A DNA stretch of 32,000 nt from Vibrio vulnificus CMCP6 (GTDB taxonomy: Bacteria; Pseudomonadota; Gammaproteobacteria; Enterobacterales; Vibrionaceae): contig NC_004459.3 of assembly GCF_000039765.1 (NCBI RefSeq), positions 1,530,001 through 1,562,000 of the forward strand, read 5' to 3'. The notes beneath the pieces were generated by a model. It made no database searches, had not been told where the DNA came from, and was given only the letters and a program-made list of their open reading frames with translations. Made by a program: the position numbers and the translations under genes. The first letter of the stretch is position 1; every line of letters begins with the position of its first letter. This document shows positions 1 through 10,073 of the stretch, piece after piece.

Positions 1-516
1 AATTTTGTCTTCGGTGATCAAGTCGAGGGCATTATGACGCTCTAAAACATGAATATTAGGATGGTTGTGAGCATTGTCTTGCAGCGAGGTTTGCATCGCC
101 ATGCCTGTGGCATCGGCTGCGTGCAAAATACGGCGATGGCTATGGCCGCCTTCGCGGGTTAAGTGATAACGCGGTTCGTCATCAGAGTCGTCCTCTTCAC
201 GATCAAAGGGCACACCGCCATCAATTAACCATTGCACACACTCTTTGGCGTTTTCAGCGATGAACTTCACCGTTGCTTCTTCACAGATGCCGTCTCCGGC
301 GATCAGAGTGTCTTGAACGTGTGACTCAATACTGTCTGATTCATCGAATACCGCAGCGATACCACCTTGAGCATAGTAGGTTGCTCCCTCGCTACGAGGT
401 CCTTTACTTAACACGATAACTTTGCAGTGATTGGCGACGCGCAAGGCCAACGACAAGCCAGCAGCTCCGCTGCCCACCACTAACACATCACATTCATGTT
501 CACGGTTTGCGTTCAT
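1..516 (-). CDS. nadB: L-aspartate oxidase, first 172 codons (rest of the gene lies beyond the left window edge)
   Basis: Hand translation of the reverse complement from the ATG (complement of 514-516) gives [52 protein letters not shown]... This contains the GSGAAG FAD dinucleotide-binding motif and YYAQGG, both typical of NadB. The frame is open to position 1, so the ORF is absent from the track. The divergent nadB/rpoE arrangement is as in enterics and vibrios. Confidence 0.85.
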   Translation of the reverse strand, partial: MNANREHECDVLVVGSGAAGLSLALRVANHCKVIVLSKGPRSEGATYYAQGGIAAVFDESDSIESHVQDTLIAGDGICEEATVKFIAENAKECVQWLIDGGVPFDREEDDSDDEPRYHLTREGGHSHRRILHAADATGMAMQTSLQDNAHNHPNIHVLERHNALDLITEDKI

Positions 517-538
517 AAAATTTTCAAAATCCCGGTCT

Positions 539-581
539 AAAGTGAATGAGTTCACTTTGTATAAATCCGCACATCATGTGC
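539..581. promoter_or_regulatory. Two perfect palindromes upstream of nadB (candidate operator sites)
   Basis: AAAGTGAA-TGAG-TTCACTTT lies at 539-558 and GCACAT-C-ATGTGC at 569-581. A -10-like TATACA (complement of 558-563) sits between them. All lie 23-65 nt upstream of the nadB start codon. No binding protein can be assigned from the sequence. Confidence 0.3.
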
Positions 582-739
582 TTCCAGTACACGCAAAAAC
601 GCCGATTTACATCGGCTAGAAAGGCAATCTGAGATTAATGCCATTGCTTTTCTCACTCCATCCCTCCAAAATCAGCGACAGAGAGTGTTTATTACATCAC
701 ATTGCGCCTCAATAATTGACAAAAAATTTCACTTAAGTG

Positions 740-767
740 GGAACTTTCTTGATTGGCGCGAGTCACA
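740..767 (+). promoter_or_regulatory. Candidate sigma-E-type promoter upstream of rpoE (GGAACTT-N16-TCACA)
   Basis: GGAACTT lies at 740-746, followed by a 16-nt spacer and TCACA at 763-767, about 100 nt upstream of the rpoE ATG. It resembles the E. coli sigma-E consensus GGAACTT-N16-TCAAA and fits the known autoregulation of rpoE. The match is by eye only. Confidence 0.5.
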
Positions 768-866
768 ATAGTGCTCAAGTAAGCAGTGGTGTCAATACTA
801 CATTTTGCATAATTATTGCCCATATCTGAGATATGTGGAGCATAACGAATAGGAGTATCCGCTCGA

Positions 867-1445
867 ATGAACGAGCAGTTGACCGATCAAGTATTGATTG
901 AGCGAGTTCAGAGTGGCGATAAGCAAGCATTCAATCTTTTGGTGGTGAAGTACCAAAACAAAGTCTGCAATCTTATTTCCCGATACGTTAGTAATCCTGG
1001 TGATGTCCCTGATGTAGCGCAGGAGGCTTTTATTAAAGCTTACCGAGCTATTCCAAGTTTTCGTGGCGAAAGTGCCTTCTATACTTGGTTGTATCGCATC
1101 GCAGTGAATACGGCGAAAAACCACATTGTTGCCCAGAGCCGTAGGCCACCCGCCAGTGATGTGGATGCTGATGAAGCTGAATTATATGAGACAGGTAACG
1201 CTTTGAAAGAAATTTCGAACCCTGAGAACCTCACGTTGTCCAATGAGTTGAAGCAAGTGGTTTTTAGTGCGATCAATGCGTTACCAGAAGATTTAAAAAC
1301 AGCAATGACTCTACGAGAGCTTGATGGCTTGAGCTATGAGGAAATTGCAGAAGTAATGGATTGCCCTGTAGGAACGGTACGTTCGCGTATCTTCCGTGCT
1401 CGTGAGGCGGTGGAAAAGAAAATTCAACCTCTTTTGCAACGCTAG
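867..1445 (+). CDS. rpoE: ECF RNA polymerase sigma factor sigma-E
   Basis: 192-aa ORF with ECF region 2 (DVAQEAFIKAYRAIPSFRGESAFYTWLYRIAVNTAKN) and a region 4 HTH (LSYEEIAEVMDCPVGTVRSRIFRAREAV). An AGGAG SD lies about 10 nt upstream. It is followed by rseABC. Confidence 0.97.
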   Translation: MNEQLTDQVLIERVQSGDKQAFNLLVVKYQNKVCNLISRYVSNPGDVPDVAQEAFIKAYRAIPSFRGESAFYTWLYRIAVNTAKNHIVAQSRRPPASDVDADEAELYETGNALKEISNPENLTLSNELKQVVFSAINALPEDLKTAMTLRELDGLSYEEIAEVMDCPVGTVRSRIFRAREAVEKKIQPLLQR

Positions 1446-1472
1446 TACCAGTAACAACAATGGTGAATTAGA

Positions 1473-2093
1473 ATGGCTGACAAAGAAAAGCTTTCGGCGC
1501 TCATGGATGGCGAAATTGTCGATAAGGCTTTGATCAAAGAGATCGCTCAAGACGATGACGTTTTGGCCTCTTGGCGCAATTACCACTTAATCGGTGATGT
1601 TATGCGTGGTGAAGCACCACAACAGCCCGAGTGGAATATTGCTGAAAGTGTCGCACTAGCGTTGGAAAACGAACCCGCGCACAGTTTACATCAGCAAAAA
1701 GTCATTGAGCTTACTCAGATGCCTCCAGAGTCACAACCTTTGCCACAACAGGCAAGAAGGCAGTTACCAACGTGGTTGTCTCAGTTTGGCCAAGTCGCGG
1801 TTGCGGCGTGTGTGTCCCTTGCGGTCATCCTTGGCGTGCAACAATACGGTGGCAGTGATCCCGCGGCGCCTCAAGCGGATCAATTACCTGTGTTGCAGAC
1901 AATTCCGTTTGCCGGCAGTGCTGAGCCAGTGAGTTTGACGCGTGAATCGGTCGAAAAATCGATGAGCGAATCGTCAATTCAAGAGCAGCGTAAACGCGTT
2001 CATGCTATGTTACGTGATTATGAGCTCCAGCTAAGATTAAATAGTGACTCATCTCATATTGCAGGTGAGCAATCTACATCGGAAATTGAATGA
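1473..2093 (+). CDS. rseA: Anti-sigma-E factor RseA
   Basis: 206-aa ORF directly after rpoE. It has the N-terminal KLSALMDGE motif of RseA/MucA and a single central TM helix (VAVAACVSLAVILGV). Its operon position supports the call. Confidence 0.9.
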   Translation: MADKEKLSALMDGEIVDKALIKEIAQDDDVLASWRNYHLIGDVMRGEAPQQPEWNIAESVALALENEPAHSLHQQKVIELTQMPPESQPLPQQARRQLPTWLSQFGQVAVAACVSLAVILGVQQYGGSDPAAPQADQLPVLQTIPFAGSAEPVSLTRESVEKSMSESSIQEQRKRVHAMLRDYELQLRLNSDSSHIAGEQSTSEIE

Positions 2094-3067
2094 AGAAATT
2101 CCTGTTCAGTGTCTGTGCTCTGTTCAGTGTGATGACTCCCCAAGCCTTTGCCAGCGATAAGCCGGCGGAGGCTTTATTGCATCAAATGAGCGAAGCCAGT
2201 CAAAATTTGAGCTACGAGTTAGCTTATATTCTTATCAAGAAAAACAGCATAGAGCCTTTACTGTATCGTCATGCCAGTAAAGAAGCGCAGCAGTATGCGC
2301 ATCTGATTTATCTTAGCGGCCCTGTGCGCGAAGTAATTAAACGTGGTCATGAAGTCAGCTATATAGAACCTGGTGTGGAGCCGTTTACCATTCAAGCCGG
2401 AGAAATGGTTGCCCCGGTCATGCCTATGTTAGGCAGTGACATTGATCAACTGCACAAGTTTTATGATTACGTGCAAGTCGGCCGAGCACGTGAAGCCGGC
2501 TCTCCTACGCAAGTGATCCGTATTGTGCCGAAAGATGGGTTACGTTATTCCTACGTGGTTTGGATTGATGAGCAGAGCAAGCTGCCTTTACGCGCCGACC
2601 TAGTGGATCGTGACGGTGAGGTGATTGAGCAGTATCGTGCCATTACATACACCGTGAATCAGAAAATTGCCGACCTAATGAGTGGTCTTGAAGATGTGCA
2701 GCTACCTGCTGTTCTGACTTTACCGAAAGGGGAAGTGGAGAAGAGTAACTGGCGTGTGTCATGGACTCCGGAAGGATTTGTTGCCAACGACCTAAGCCGT
2801 TATCGCTTGGCATTGACAGATCAAATGGTGGAAAGCCAGCTTTTCACTGATGGCTTGTTTAGTTTCTCTGTTTATGTCGCAGAGAAAGACGATCATTCGT
2901 TGAAAGGCCAATTGGTACGTCAAGGCCGCCGTACTTTGCATAGTGTGGTGGTGGGTGAGCATGAAATCTCTGTGGTGGGAGATATTCCGCCAGCCACTGC
3001 GCAGCGTATCGCTCAATCGGTCACCTTCACGGCTGAACTTAATCAGAATAAGGCAAAACCGCAATGA
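2090..3067 (+). CDS. rseB: Sigma-E regulatory protein RseB (periplasmic, MucB/RseB family)
   Basis: 325 aa. The start overlaps the rseA stop (ATGA at 2090-2093). There is an N-terminal signal peptide (...MTPQAFA/SD). Length and position match rseB. Confidence 0.9.
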   Translation: MKKFLFSVCALFSVMTPQAFASDKPAEALLHQMSEASQNLSYELAYILIKKNSIEPLLYRHASKEAQQYAHLIYLSGPVREVIKRGHEVSYIEPGVEPFTIQAGEMVAPVMPMLGSDIDQLHKFYDYVQVGRAREAGSPTQVIRIVPKDGLRYSYVVWIDEQSKLPLRADLVDRDGEVIEQYRAITYTVNQKIADLMSGLEDVQLPAVLTLPKGEVEKSNWRVSWTPEGFVANDLSRYRLALTDQMVESQLFTDGLFSFSVYVAEKDDHSLKGQLVRQGRRTLHSVVVGEHEISVVGDIPPATAQRIAQSVTFTAELNQNKAKPQ

Positions 3068-3534
3068 TGACCGCACTCGCCACCGTCACCCAAGTGACAC
3101 CGAATGACCATGGGTTTGAGGTGGCGTTGAGTTGTGAGCAGCAAACCAGTTGCAGCAGTTGTTCTTCACAAAAAAGCTGTGGAACAGGGGTTGTCAGTAA
3201 AGCGTTTGGTAACAAAAGTTTACTTTGGCATTTAGAGACTCAGCGACGACTTCACGTTGGTCAAGTGGTTGAAATAGGCATTCCAGAGCAAAGCCTTCTT
3301 CAATCGGCGATGTTGGTGTATCTGCTGCCTATCGTTGCGATGCTGCTGGGGGCTTTGTTTGGCCATCTGGTGCTTTCTCCATGGTTAGAGATGGGAGAGG
3401 GGGCGGTAGTACTGACCTCGATGCTTTTTGCGTTTATCGGCATCCTCTTAGCAAAAAAACTGGCTCAGCCGCTTGAGCAGAAAAGTGCTGCTCAGGTCGA
3501 GTTGATGAGAGTGTTTGGTGAACCTATCGCCTAA
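3064..3534 (+). CDS. rseC: RseC / SoxR-reducing system family membrane protein
   Basis: 156 aa. The start overlaps the rseB stop. It has a Cys-rich N-terminus (CEQQTSCSSCSSQKSCG) followed by two hydrophobic helices. It is the fourth gene of the rpoE operon. Confidence 0.85.
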   Translation: MMTALATVTQVTPNDHGFEVALSCEQQTSCSSCSSQKSCGTGVVSKAFGNKSLLWHLETQRRLHVGQVVEIGIPEQSLLQSAMLVYLLPIVAMLLGALFGHLVLSPWLEMGEGAVVLTSMLFAFIGILLAKKLAQPLEQKSAAQVELMRVFGEPIA

Positions 3535-3647
3535 ATTATGATGCGCCCAGAGTTGAAATTGGGTAGAATCTGCCAACTTAACTGAAATGCCGCCAATGAG
3601 CGGCGTTTCTATGTCCCAGAATAACAGAGTTTAGTCACCCCAAATCT

Positions 3648-5441
3648 ATGAAGCACATTCGTAATTTTTCGATTATCGCCCATATTGACCACGGCAAATC
3701 GACCCTATCAGACCGTTTAATCCAAGTTTGTGGTGGATTGAGCGACCGTGAAATGGCAGAACAAGTTCTAGACTCCATGGAGTTAGAGCGTGAGCGTGGA
3801 ATTACCATTAAAGCGCAGAGTGTGACCCTCGACTATAAAGCCCAAGATGGTGAAACTTACCAGCTTAACTTTATCGATACTCCGGGACACGTTGACTTTT
3901 CTTACGAAGTATCTCGCTCGCTGGCCGCGTGTGAAGGTGCTTTGTTGGTGGTGGATGCAGGTCAGGGCGTTGAAGCTCAAACGCTTGCAAACTGTTACAC
4001 CGCAATTGAAATGGATTTGGAAGTTGTTCCAATCCTAAACAAGATTGACCTTCCTGCGGCAGAGCCTGAGCGTGTGGCGGAAGAGATTGAAGACATCGTT
4101 GGTATCGATGCGATTGATGCGGTTCGCTGTTCAGCCAAAACCGGTCTTGGCGTTGATGATGTGCTAGAGAAGATCGTTTCTGCGATCCCAGCACCAGAAG
4201 GCGATCCTGAAGCGCCACTGCAAGCACTGATCATTGACTCGTGGTTTGACAACTACCTTGGCGTTGTCTCTCTTGTGCGTATTAAACACGGCAAGCTGAA
4301 GAAAAACGACAAGATCAAAGTGATGAGTACGGGCCAAGTTTGGGGTGTAGACCGTTTAGGTATCTTCACACCAAAACAGATCGATACGACAGAGCTCAAC
4401 ACTGGCGAAGTAGGCTGGGTGGTTTGTGGTATTAAAGACATTCTTGGCGCACCTGTTGGTGATACGTTAACTCTGGCGAAAAATGGTGCAGAGAAAGCGC
4501 TGCCAGGTTTTAAGAAAGTGAAACCTCAGGTATACGCAGGTCTGTTCCCGGTTTCCTCTGACGATTATGAAGCGTTTCGCGATGCACTAGGCAAACTCAG
4601 CTTAAACGACGCGTCACTTTTCTATGAGCCAGAGAACTCGGCTGCACTCGGTTTTGGTTTCCGTTGTGGCTTCCTTGGTATGCTGCACATGGAGATCATT
4701 CAAGAGCGTTTAGAGCGTGAATACGATCTCGACCTGATCACTACTGCGCCAACGGTAGTTTACGAAGTGCTGACCACCAGCAAACAGACTATCTATGTTG
4801 ATAGCCCTGCGAAATTGCCTGCGGTGAATGACGTGGCAGAAATTCGTGAGCCAATCGCACGTTGTAATATTCTTGTGCCAGCGGATTACCTAGGTAACGT
4901 GATTACCTTGTGTATTGAGAAGCGTGGTACTCAGGTAGACATGGTTTACCACGGCAACCAAGTCGCATTGACGTACGATATTCCGATGGCGGAAGTGGTA
5001 CTGGATTTCTTCGACCGTTTGAAATCGACCTCGCGTGGTTATGCGTCGCTTGATTACGGATTCCAACGTTTTGAAGAGTCGAACATGGTGCGTGTAGACG
5101 TGTTGCTAAACGGCGATAAAGTCGATGCTTTGGCGATCATTACTCACAAAGATCAGTCTCAGACTCGTGGCCGTCAATTGGTTGAGAAAATGAAAGAATT
5201 CATTCCTCGCCAGATGTTCGACATCGCGATTCAAGCCGCAATTGGTAACCACATTATTGCGCGTTCTACTGTAAAACAGCTACGTAAAAACGTATTAGCG
5301 AAGTGTTACGGTGGTGACGTGAGCCGTAAGAAGAAACTACTGAAGAAGCAGAAAGAAGGTAAGAAACGCATGAAGCAAATCGGTAACGTTGAGCTACCGC
5401 AAGAAGCTTTCCTAGCGATTCTCCATGTAGGTAAAGATTAA
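3648..5441 (+). CDS. lepA: Elongation factor 4 (translational GTPase LepA)
   Basis: 597 aa with GTPase motifs AHIDHGKST (G1), DTPGH (G3) and NKID (G4). The Lys-rich LepA C-terminus is present ([30 protein letters not shown]). It lies upstream of lepB. Confidence 0.97.
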   Translation: MKHIRNFSIIAHIDHGKSTLSDRLIQVCGGLSDREMAEQVLDSMELERERGITIKAQSVTLDYKAQDGETYQLNFIDTPGHVDFSYEVSRSLAACEGALLVVDAGQGVEAQTLANCYTAIEMDLEVVPILNKIDLPAAEPERVAEEIEDIVGIDAIDAVRCSAKTGLGVDDVLEKIVSAIPAPEGDPEAPLQALIIDSWFDNYLGVVSLVRIKHGKLKKNDKIKVMSTGQVWGVDRLGIFTPKQIDTTELNTGEVGWVVCGIKDILGAPVGDTLTLAKNGAEKALPGFKKVKPQVYAGLFPVSSDDYEAFRDALGKLSLNDASLFYEPENSAALGFGFRCGFLGMLHMEIIQERLEREYDLDLITTAPTVVYEVLTTSKQTIYVDSPAKLPAVNDVAEIREPIARCNILVPADYLGNVITLCIEKRGTQVDMVYHGNQVALTYDIPMAEVVLDFFDRLKSTSRGYASLDYGFQRFEESNMVRVDVLLNGDKVDALAIITHKDQSQTRGRQLVEKMKEFIPRQMFDIAIQAAIGNHIIARSTVKQLRKNVLAKCYGGDVSRKKKLLKKQKEGKKRMKQIGNVELPQEAFLAILHVGKD

Positions 5442-5494
5442 CAGTTTGAACTTACATCTTGCTTACCAGTCATAAGACGGTAGATATCCAAATA

Positions 5495-5532
5495 AGTGAA
5501 AGGGTTACGGCTCTTTCACTTTCGTATTTTTT
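5495..5532 (+). terminator. Hairpin plus distal T-run between lepA and lepB (possible partial terminator or attenuator)
   Basis: AGTGAAAG (5495-5502) pairs with CTTTCACT (5513-5520). A TTTTTT run at 5527-5532 begins 6 nt after the stem, which is atypical spacing. Confidence 0.35.
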
Positions 5533-5547
5533 AGATAAGGGAAGTCC

Positions 5548-6447
5548 ATGGCGAATACATTCTCACTGATTTTGGTCATCGTCACGCTGATCACAGGTGT
5601 GGTTTGGTTGCTCGAAAAACTGGTTTGGGCCAAGAAACGCCAACAAAAAGTGGCGGAGATTGAAAGTCAAACGGTTAATGGGTTAGATGCACAAACTCTC
5701 GCAAAGGCGAAAATGCAGCCTTGGTGGGTGGAAAACAGTGTCTCTATCTTCCCGGTTATCGCCTTTGTTTTGGTGTTACGCTCGTTTATCTATGAACCGT
5801 TTCAGATCCCTTCAGGCTCAATGATGCCGACTCTGCTTGTGGGCGATTTTATTCTGGTAGAGAAATACGCTTATGGCTTGAAAGATCCGGTTTGGCGAAC
5901 CCAGTTAGTGGAAACGGGTAAGCCAGAGCGTGGCGATATTGTTGTCTTCAAATACCCACCGTCACCTAACATCGACTACATCAAACGAGTGGTCGGTTTG
6001 CCTGGTGATACGGTACGTTATAACCGCCAAAAAGAAATCTGTATTCAGCCAAAAGGTGAGAGCGTCTGTCATATGGCGATCCGCAATAACGTTGTGGAAA
6101 GCGAATTTATTCAAGACGGCATCAACCTAACGCAAACAGATGAACAATTGGGCGAAGTAAAACACCAAATTTTGGTTAACCCACTGCGTCAAGACCGCGT
6201 AGAAGCGTATGCGCCTCGTGCTGGTGTGAGTGAATGGGTGGTACCACAAGGTCAGTATTTTGTGATGGGTGACAACCGTGACAACAGTGCTGATAGCCGT
6301 TACTGGGGCTTTGTACCAGAAGCTAACCTAGTAGGTAAGGCCGTGGCGATTTGGATCAGCTTCGAGTTTGATCGTGGTTCAGATAGCGTGCTGCCTTCTT
6401 GGATCCCTACTGGCGTGCGTTTTAACCGCATCGGCGGTATTCACTAA
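5548..6447 (+). CDS. lepB: Signal peptidase I
   Basis: 299 aa with N-terminal TM segments. The conserved boxes are SGSMMPTL (catalytic Ser), [11 protein letters not shown] (catalytic Lys) and [16 protein letters not shown]. Confidence 0.95.
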   Translation: MANTFSLILVIVTLITGVVWLLEKLVWAKKRQQKVAEIESQTVNGLDAQTLAKAKMQPWWVENSVSIFPVIAFVLVLRSFIYEPFQIPSGSMMPTLLVGDFILVEKYAYGLKDPVWRTQLVETGKPERGDIVVFKYPPSPNIDYIKRVVGLPGDTVRYNRQKEICIQPKGESVCHMAIRNNVVESEFIQDGINLTQTDEQLGEVKHQILVNPLRQDRVEAYAPRAGVSEWVVPQGQYFVMGDNRDNSADSRYWGFVPEANLVGKAVAIWISFEFDRGSDSVLPSWIPTGVRFNRIGGIH

Positions 6448-6469
6448 CTTTGATGATTATCGGAAAAGT

Positions 6470-7147
6470 ATGAATTCTCCAATTGAGAAACTAACCAGAC
6501 AGCTCGGCTATCAATTTCAAGATGACGAGCTGCTCAATTTGGCGCTGACTCACCGCAGCGCCAACAGCAAACATAATGAACGTCTTGAATTTCTGGGCGA
6601 TTCAATTTTAAGTTTTGTCATTGCTGATGAACTTTATCATCGTTTCCCGAAAGTAAATGAGGGAGACATGAGCCGCATGCGAGCGACGTTAGTGCGCGGT
6701 AATACATTGGCAGAGCTAGGCCGTGAATTCGGTTTGGGAGATTACTTAAAATTAGGTCCAGGCGAGCTGAAAAGTGGCGGTTTCCGTCGCGATTCGATTC
6801 TGGCTGATGCCGTTGAAGCCATTATCGGTGCCGTTTATCTAGATAGCGATCTAGAAGTGGTGCGCGGTATTGTACTCAATTGGTACACCTCTCGTTTGGA
6901 AGCCATCAAGCCTGGTGTTTCACAGAAAGATCCCAAGACACGTTTGCAAGAGTTCTTGCAAGGCAGAAGAAAACCGCTGCCTGTTTACACAGTGACTAAT
7001 ATTAAAGGTGAAGCACACAATCAGGAATTCACGGTTGAGTGTGATATCGCGGGTATGGATAAGCCCGTTGTCGGTAGAGGTACCAGCCGCCGCAAGGCAG
7101 AACAAGCGGCTGCGGAATTGGCTCTGGAGCAGTTAACCAATGGCTGA
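6470..7147 (+). CDS. rnc: Ribonuclease III
   Basis: I chose the start at ATG 6470 ([22 protein letters not shown]...), giving 225 aa. The track start at 6368 would overlap lepB by 80 nt. The RNase III signature ERLEFLGDS and a C-terminal dsRNA-binding domain are present. Confidence 0.93.
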   Translation: MNSPIEKLTRQLGYQFQDDELLNLALTHRSANSKHNERLEFLGDSILSFVIADELYHRFPKVNEGDMSRMRATLVRGNTLAELGREFGLGDYLKLGPGELKSGGFRRDSILADAVEAIIGAVYLDSDLEVVRGIVLNWYTSRLEAIKPGVSQKDPKTRLQEFLQGRRKPLPVYTVTNIKGEAHNQEFTVECDIAGMDKPVVGRGTSRRKAEQAAAELALEQLTNG

Positions 7148-8102
7148 TAATGAATTTGATATCGATGCGTTTTTCTCGACAGAGAAGAAAAGCACATCTT
7201 CTGAAAACCAGCATTGTGGTTTTATCGCCATTGTTGGTCGTCCTAATGTGGGCAAATCGACCCTACTGAACAAAATTCTTGGTCAGAAAATCTCGATTAC
7301 TTCGCGCAAACCACAAACCACGCGTCACCGCATTATGGGCGTGGATACTGATGGCGATTACCAAGCGATTTACGTCGATACTCCGGGATTGCACATCGAA
7401 GAGAAACGCGCCATCAACCGTTTGATGAACCGCGCAGCCAACTCATCACTCAGTGATGTGAACTTGGTGTTTTTCTTGGTCGATGGGACCCATTGGACCA
7501 ACGACGATGAAATGGTGCTCAATAAGCTGCAGAAAGCGAATTTCCCAGTCGTATTGTGTGTCAACAAAGTAGACAACGTACAAGATCGCAATGAAGTGAT
7601 GCAGCACATGATGGAAATGTCGAAGAAAATGAACTTCGTCGATGTGGTGCCTATTTCTGCTAAACAGGGTAAAAACATCGATGTGCTGCGTAAGCACGTT
7701 CGTGACCACTTGCCAAAAGCAGTGCACCATTTCCCTGAAGAGTATGTGACGGACCGTTCGCAGCGCTTCATGGCGTCTGAAATCGTGCGTGAAAAACTGA
7801 TGCGTTTTACCGGTGACGAACTGCCATACTCAGTGACGGTGGAGATCGAACGTTTTGACTACAACCCGGAAACTGATGGTTTCCACATCAACGCGTTAAT
7901 TTTGGTTGAGCGTAGCGGCCAGAAGAAAATGGTGATTGGTAAAGGCGGTGAGAAAATCAAAACCATCGGACGAGAGGCTCGCCTCGATATGGAAGAACTG
8001 TTTGGTCGCAAGGTTTACCTAGAAACTTGGGTGAAAGTGAAATCAGGTTGGGCAGACGACGAACGTGCGTTGCGCTCATTGGGTTACATTGACGACCTCT
8101 AA
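7140..8102 (+). CDS. era: GTPase Era
   Basis: 320 aa. The start overlaps the rnc stop by 8 nt. GTPase motifs [13 protein letters not shown] and NKVD are present, with a C-terminal KH domain. It carries an acidic N-terminal extension of about 18 aa relative to E. coli Era as I recall it. Confidence 0.95.
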   Translation: MADNEFDIDAFFSTEKKSTSSENQHCGFIAIVGRPNVGKSTLLNKILGQKISITSRKPQTTRHRIMGVDTDGDYQAIYVDTPGLHIEEKRAINRLMNRAANSSLSDVNLVFFLVDGTHWTNDDEMVLNKLQKANFPVVLCVNKVDNVQDRNEVMQHMMEMSKKMNFVDVVPISAKQGKNIDVLRKHVRDHLPKAVHHFPEEYVTDRSQRFMASEIVREKLMRFTGDELPYSVTVEIERFDYNPETDGFHINALILVERSGQKKMVIGKGGEKIKTIGREARLDMEELFGRKVYLETWVKVKSGWADDERALRSLGYIDDL

Positions 8103-8141
8103 CTCGGTTAGCGAGAGTTATCGCTCCGATCGTATCTTGTT

Positions 8142-8169
8142 AAGGAGCCTAAGTGGCTCCTTATTTTTT
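8142..8169 (+). terminator. Intrinsic terminator after era
   Basis: AAGGAGCC (8142-8149) pairs with GGCTCCTT (8155-8162), with loop TAAGT, followed by ATTTTTT (8163-8169). Confidence 0.75.
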
Positions 8170-8187
8170 GTGGAATAGAAGCACAGC

Positions 8188-8919
8188 ATGAACGCGCCTG
8201 ACGGTTTACAGCGATGTTTTGTTCTCCATCGTCGCCCTTATAGCGAATCCAGCCTGATCTTGGACATATTCAGCGAAGAGTTTGGTCGCATTACCTTAAT
8301 GTCGAAAGGGGCACGCAGTAAGCGATCAAATTTAAAAGGGGCACTCCAACCGTTTACCCCCTTACTGCTGAAATGGTCTGGCAAAGGTGCAATGAAAACC
8401 TTACGCCAAGCTGAGCCGATCAGTTTAGGCCTGCCTCTGACGGGCATTAATCTCTATTCTGCATTGTACGTGAATGAGCTGATTGGACGCGTTCTAATGC
8501 AAGAAGTGTCGATGCCCGGACTGTTCCATGACTATCTATTTGCCTTAACGGAGCTTGCCCAAGCGGACAATCCTGAACCGGCTTTGCGCCGTTTTGAGCT
8601 CGCGTTGCTGGCTGCGATGGGCTACGGCGTGGATTTTTTGCATTGTGCTGGCACTGGCGAGCCGATTGATCCGCAAATGACTTATCGCTACCGAGAGCAA
8701 AAAGGGTTTATTGCGTCAGTGCGGCGTGACAACCTGACGTTTTTGGGCAATGAATTGATTGCCATCAGTGAGCGTCGCTTTCTCACGAAAGAGCAACTTC
8801 AAGCGGCAAAACGCTTTACACGAATAGCCTTAAAGCCGTATCTTGGCGGCAAACCTTTAAAAAGTCGGGAATTGTTTATACAGATGAGGATTCCCCGAAC
8901 ACGGAGTATGGAAAAATGA
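8188..8919 (+). CDS. recO: DNA repair protein RecO
   Basis: 243 aa. The N-terminus ([54 protein letters not shown]) closely parallels E. coli RecO. It sits in the era-recO-pdxJ-acpS order. Confidence 0.92.
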   Translation: MNAPDGLQRCFVLHRRPYSESSLILDIFSEEFGRITLMSKGARSKRSNLKGALQPFTPLLLKWSGKGAMKTLRQAEPISLGLPLTGINLYSALYVNELIGRVLMQEVSMPGLFHDYLFALTELAQADNPEPALRRFELALLAAMGYGVDFLHCAGTGEPIDPQMTYRYREQKGFIASVRRDNLTFLGNELIAISERRFLTKEQLQAAKRFTRIALKPYLGGKPLKSRELFIQMRIPRTRSMEK

Positions 8920-9647
8920 GTTCAATTTACCTGGGTGTTAACATCGACCACGTCGCCACTTTACGCAATGCCCGCGGTACTAAGTATCCTGATCCTGTCC
9001 ATGCCGCAGAAGTGGCAGAGCGAGCGGGCGCGGATGGCATTACCATTCATTTACGCGAAGACCGTCGCCACATTACCGACCGTGACGTTCGTATTCTGCG
9101 TGAAACCCTGCAAACGCGTATGAATTTAGAAATGGCTGTCACAGATGAAATGATCGAGATTGCCCTCAAAACGCAACCTGAATATGTTTGCTTGGTACCT
9201 GAAAAGCGTGAAGAGCTCACCACCGAAGGCGGGTTAGATGTTGCTGGCCATTTAGACAAAATCAAAGCTGCGACGGAAAAATTAACCGCAGCGGGCATTA
9301 AAGTCTCCCTATTCATTGATGCAGATCGTGAACAAATTGATGCCGCCAAAGCGTGTGGCGCGCCTTTTATTGAGCTTCATACGGGTCATTACGCGGATGC
9401 CGCGACAGAAGCCGACCAATTGGATGAGCTGAAGAAGATTGCTGCAGGCGCAAGTTACGCAGCGGATTTGGGTATTACGGTGAACGCAGGTCATGGTTTG
9501 ACTTACCACAACGTGGCACCAATTGCGGCATTGCCTGAGATTTACGAGCTGAACATCGGCCATGCGATCATTGGTCGTGCGGTATTTGATGGTCTCCATA
9601 AAGCGGTAGCGGACATGAAAGCCATCATGGTTGCGGCTCGTCAGTAA
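8916..9647 (+). CDS. pdxJ: Pyridoxine 5'-phosphate synthase
   Basis: 243 aa. The start overlaps the recO stop. It has the [17 protein letters not shown]-terminal motif and the HLREDRRHI motif of PdxJ. Confidence 0.95.
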   Translation: MSSIYLGVNIDHVATLRNARGTKYPDPVHAAEVAERAGADGITIHLREDRRHITDRDVRILRETLQTRMNLEMAVTDEMIEIALKTQPEYVCLVPEKREELTTEGGLDVAGHLDKIKAATEKLTAAGIKVSLFIDADREQIDAAKACGAPFIELHTGHYADAATEADQLDELKKIAAGASYAADLGITVNAGHGLTYHNVAPIAALPEIYELNIGHAIIGRAVFDGLHKAVADMKAIMVAARQ

Positions 9648-10028
9648 ATGGCTATTGTTGGACTGGGTACCGACATTGCTGAAATCGAGCGAGTGGAAAA
9701 GGCACTTGCTCGCAGTGGTGTTGCGTTTGCAGAACGGATCCTCTCTGCGCAAGAAATGGAAACGTTTGTCAGCTTAAAACAGCAAGGGCGTTTTCTTGCT
9801 AAGCGTTTTGCGGCCAAAGAAGCTGCCTCTAAAGCGTTAGGAACAGGGATCGCTCACGGTGTCTCTTTCCAAGACTTCACCATCAAGAATGATGACAATG
9901 GTAAACCCTATCTGCAGCTTGCTGGTAGAGCGGCAGAACTGGCCCATCAAATGGGGGTTTGCCACACCCACCTTTCTCTTTCCGATGAGCGTCACTACGC
10001 TGTCGCAACGGTCATCTTCGAATCTTAA
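9648..10028 (+). CDS. acpS: Holo-[acyl-carrier-protein] synthase
   Basis: 126 aa, starting immediately after the pdxJ stop. It has the [13 protein letters not shown]-terminus and the [14 protein letters not shown] motif typical of AcpS. Confidence 0.93.
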   Translation: MAIVGLGTDIAEIERVEKALARSGVAFAERILSAQEMETFVSLKQQGRFLAKRFAAKEAASKALGTGIAHGVSFQDFTIKNDDNGKPYLQLAGRAAELAHQMGVCHTHLSLSDERHYAVATVIFES

Positions 10029-10032
10029 TTAG

Positions 10033-10073
10033 AAGCGCTTTATCGATATTTCAGCGAGATAAGGCGCTTTTAT
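10033..10073 (+). terminator. Terminator-like hairpin after acpS
   Basis: AAGCGCTTTATC (10033-10044) pairs with GATAAGGCGCTT (10058-10069) in a 12-bp stem with one G-U pair and a 13-nt loop. It is followed by TTAT, which is a weak T-tract. Confidence 0.45.

Noticed and set aside
431-619. 62-aa plus-strand ORF from the track
   Set aside because: It runs antisense across the nadB start and its upstream region. It has no SD and no recognisable motifs. The nadB reading on the opposite strand is strongly supported.
691-722. Possible minus-strand promoter (TTGTCA, complement of 717-722; TGTAAT, complement of 691-696) for a small RNA ending at the 601-616 hairpin
   Set aside because: The spacer between the two hexamers is 20 bp, too long for a sigma-70 promoter. 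The hexamer at the 17-bp position (TGATGT) is poor. The hairpin is reported, but no promoter or sRNA is called.
813-1586. Minus-strand ORFs (103, 65 and 91 aa) opposite rpoE/rseA
   Set aside because: They are antisense shadows of well-supported genes, with no motifs and no SD.
1705-1932. 75-aa alternative-frame ORF inside rseA
   Set aside because: It is a same-strand out-of-frame overlap with rseA. Its Arg/Cys/Leu-rich composition is typical of off-frame translation.
3783-4441. Cluster of 62-118-aa ORFs on both strands inside lepA
   Set aside because: They lie entirely within the highly conserved GTPase domain of lepA, and their low-complexity translations have no support.
6368-6469. N-terminal extension of rnc in the track ORF
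   Set aside because: It would overlap lepB by 80 nt and adds a hydrophobic non-homologous peptide. The ATG at 6470 gives the canonical RNase III N-terminus and length.
7370-7771. 133-aa and 94-aa minus-strand ORFs inside era
   Set aside because: They are antisense to the conserved Era GTPase domain, with no independent support.
9047-9752. 100-aa and 147-aa minus-strand ORFs opposite pdxJ/acpS
   Set aside because: They are antisense shadows spanning two conserved genes. Their Arg/Cys-rich composition gives no support.
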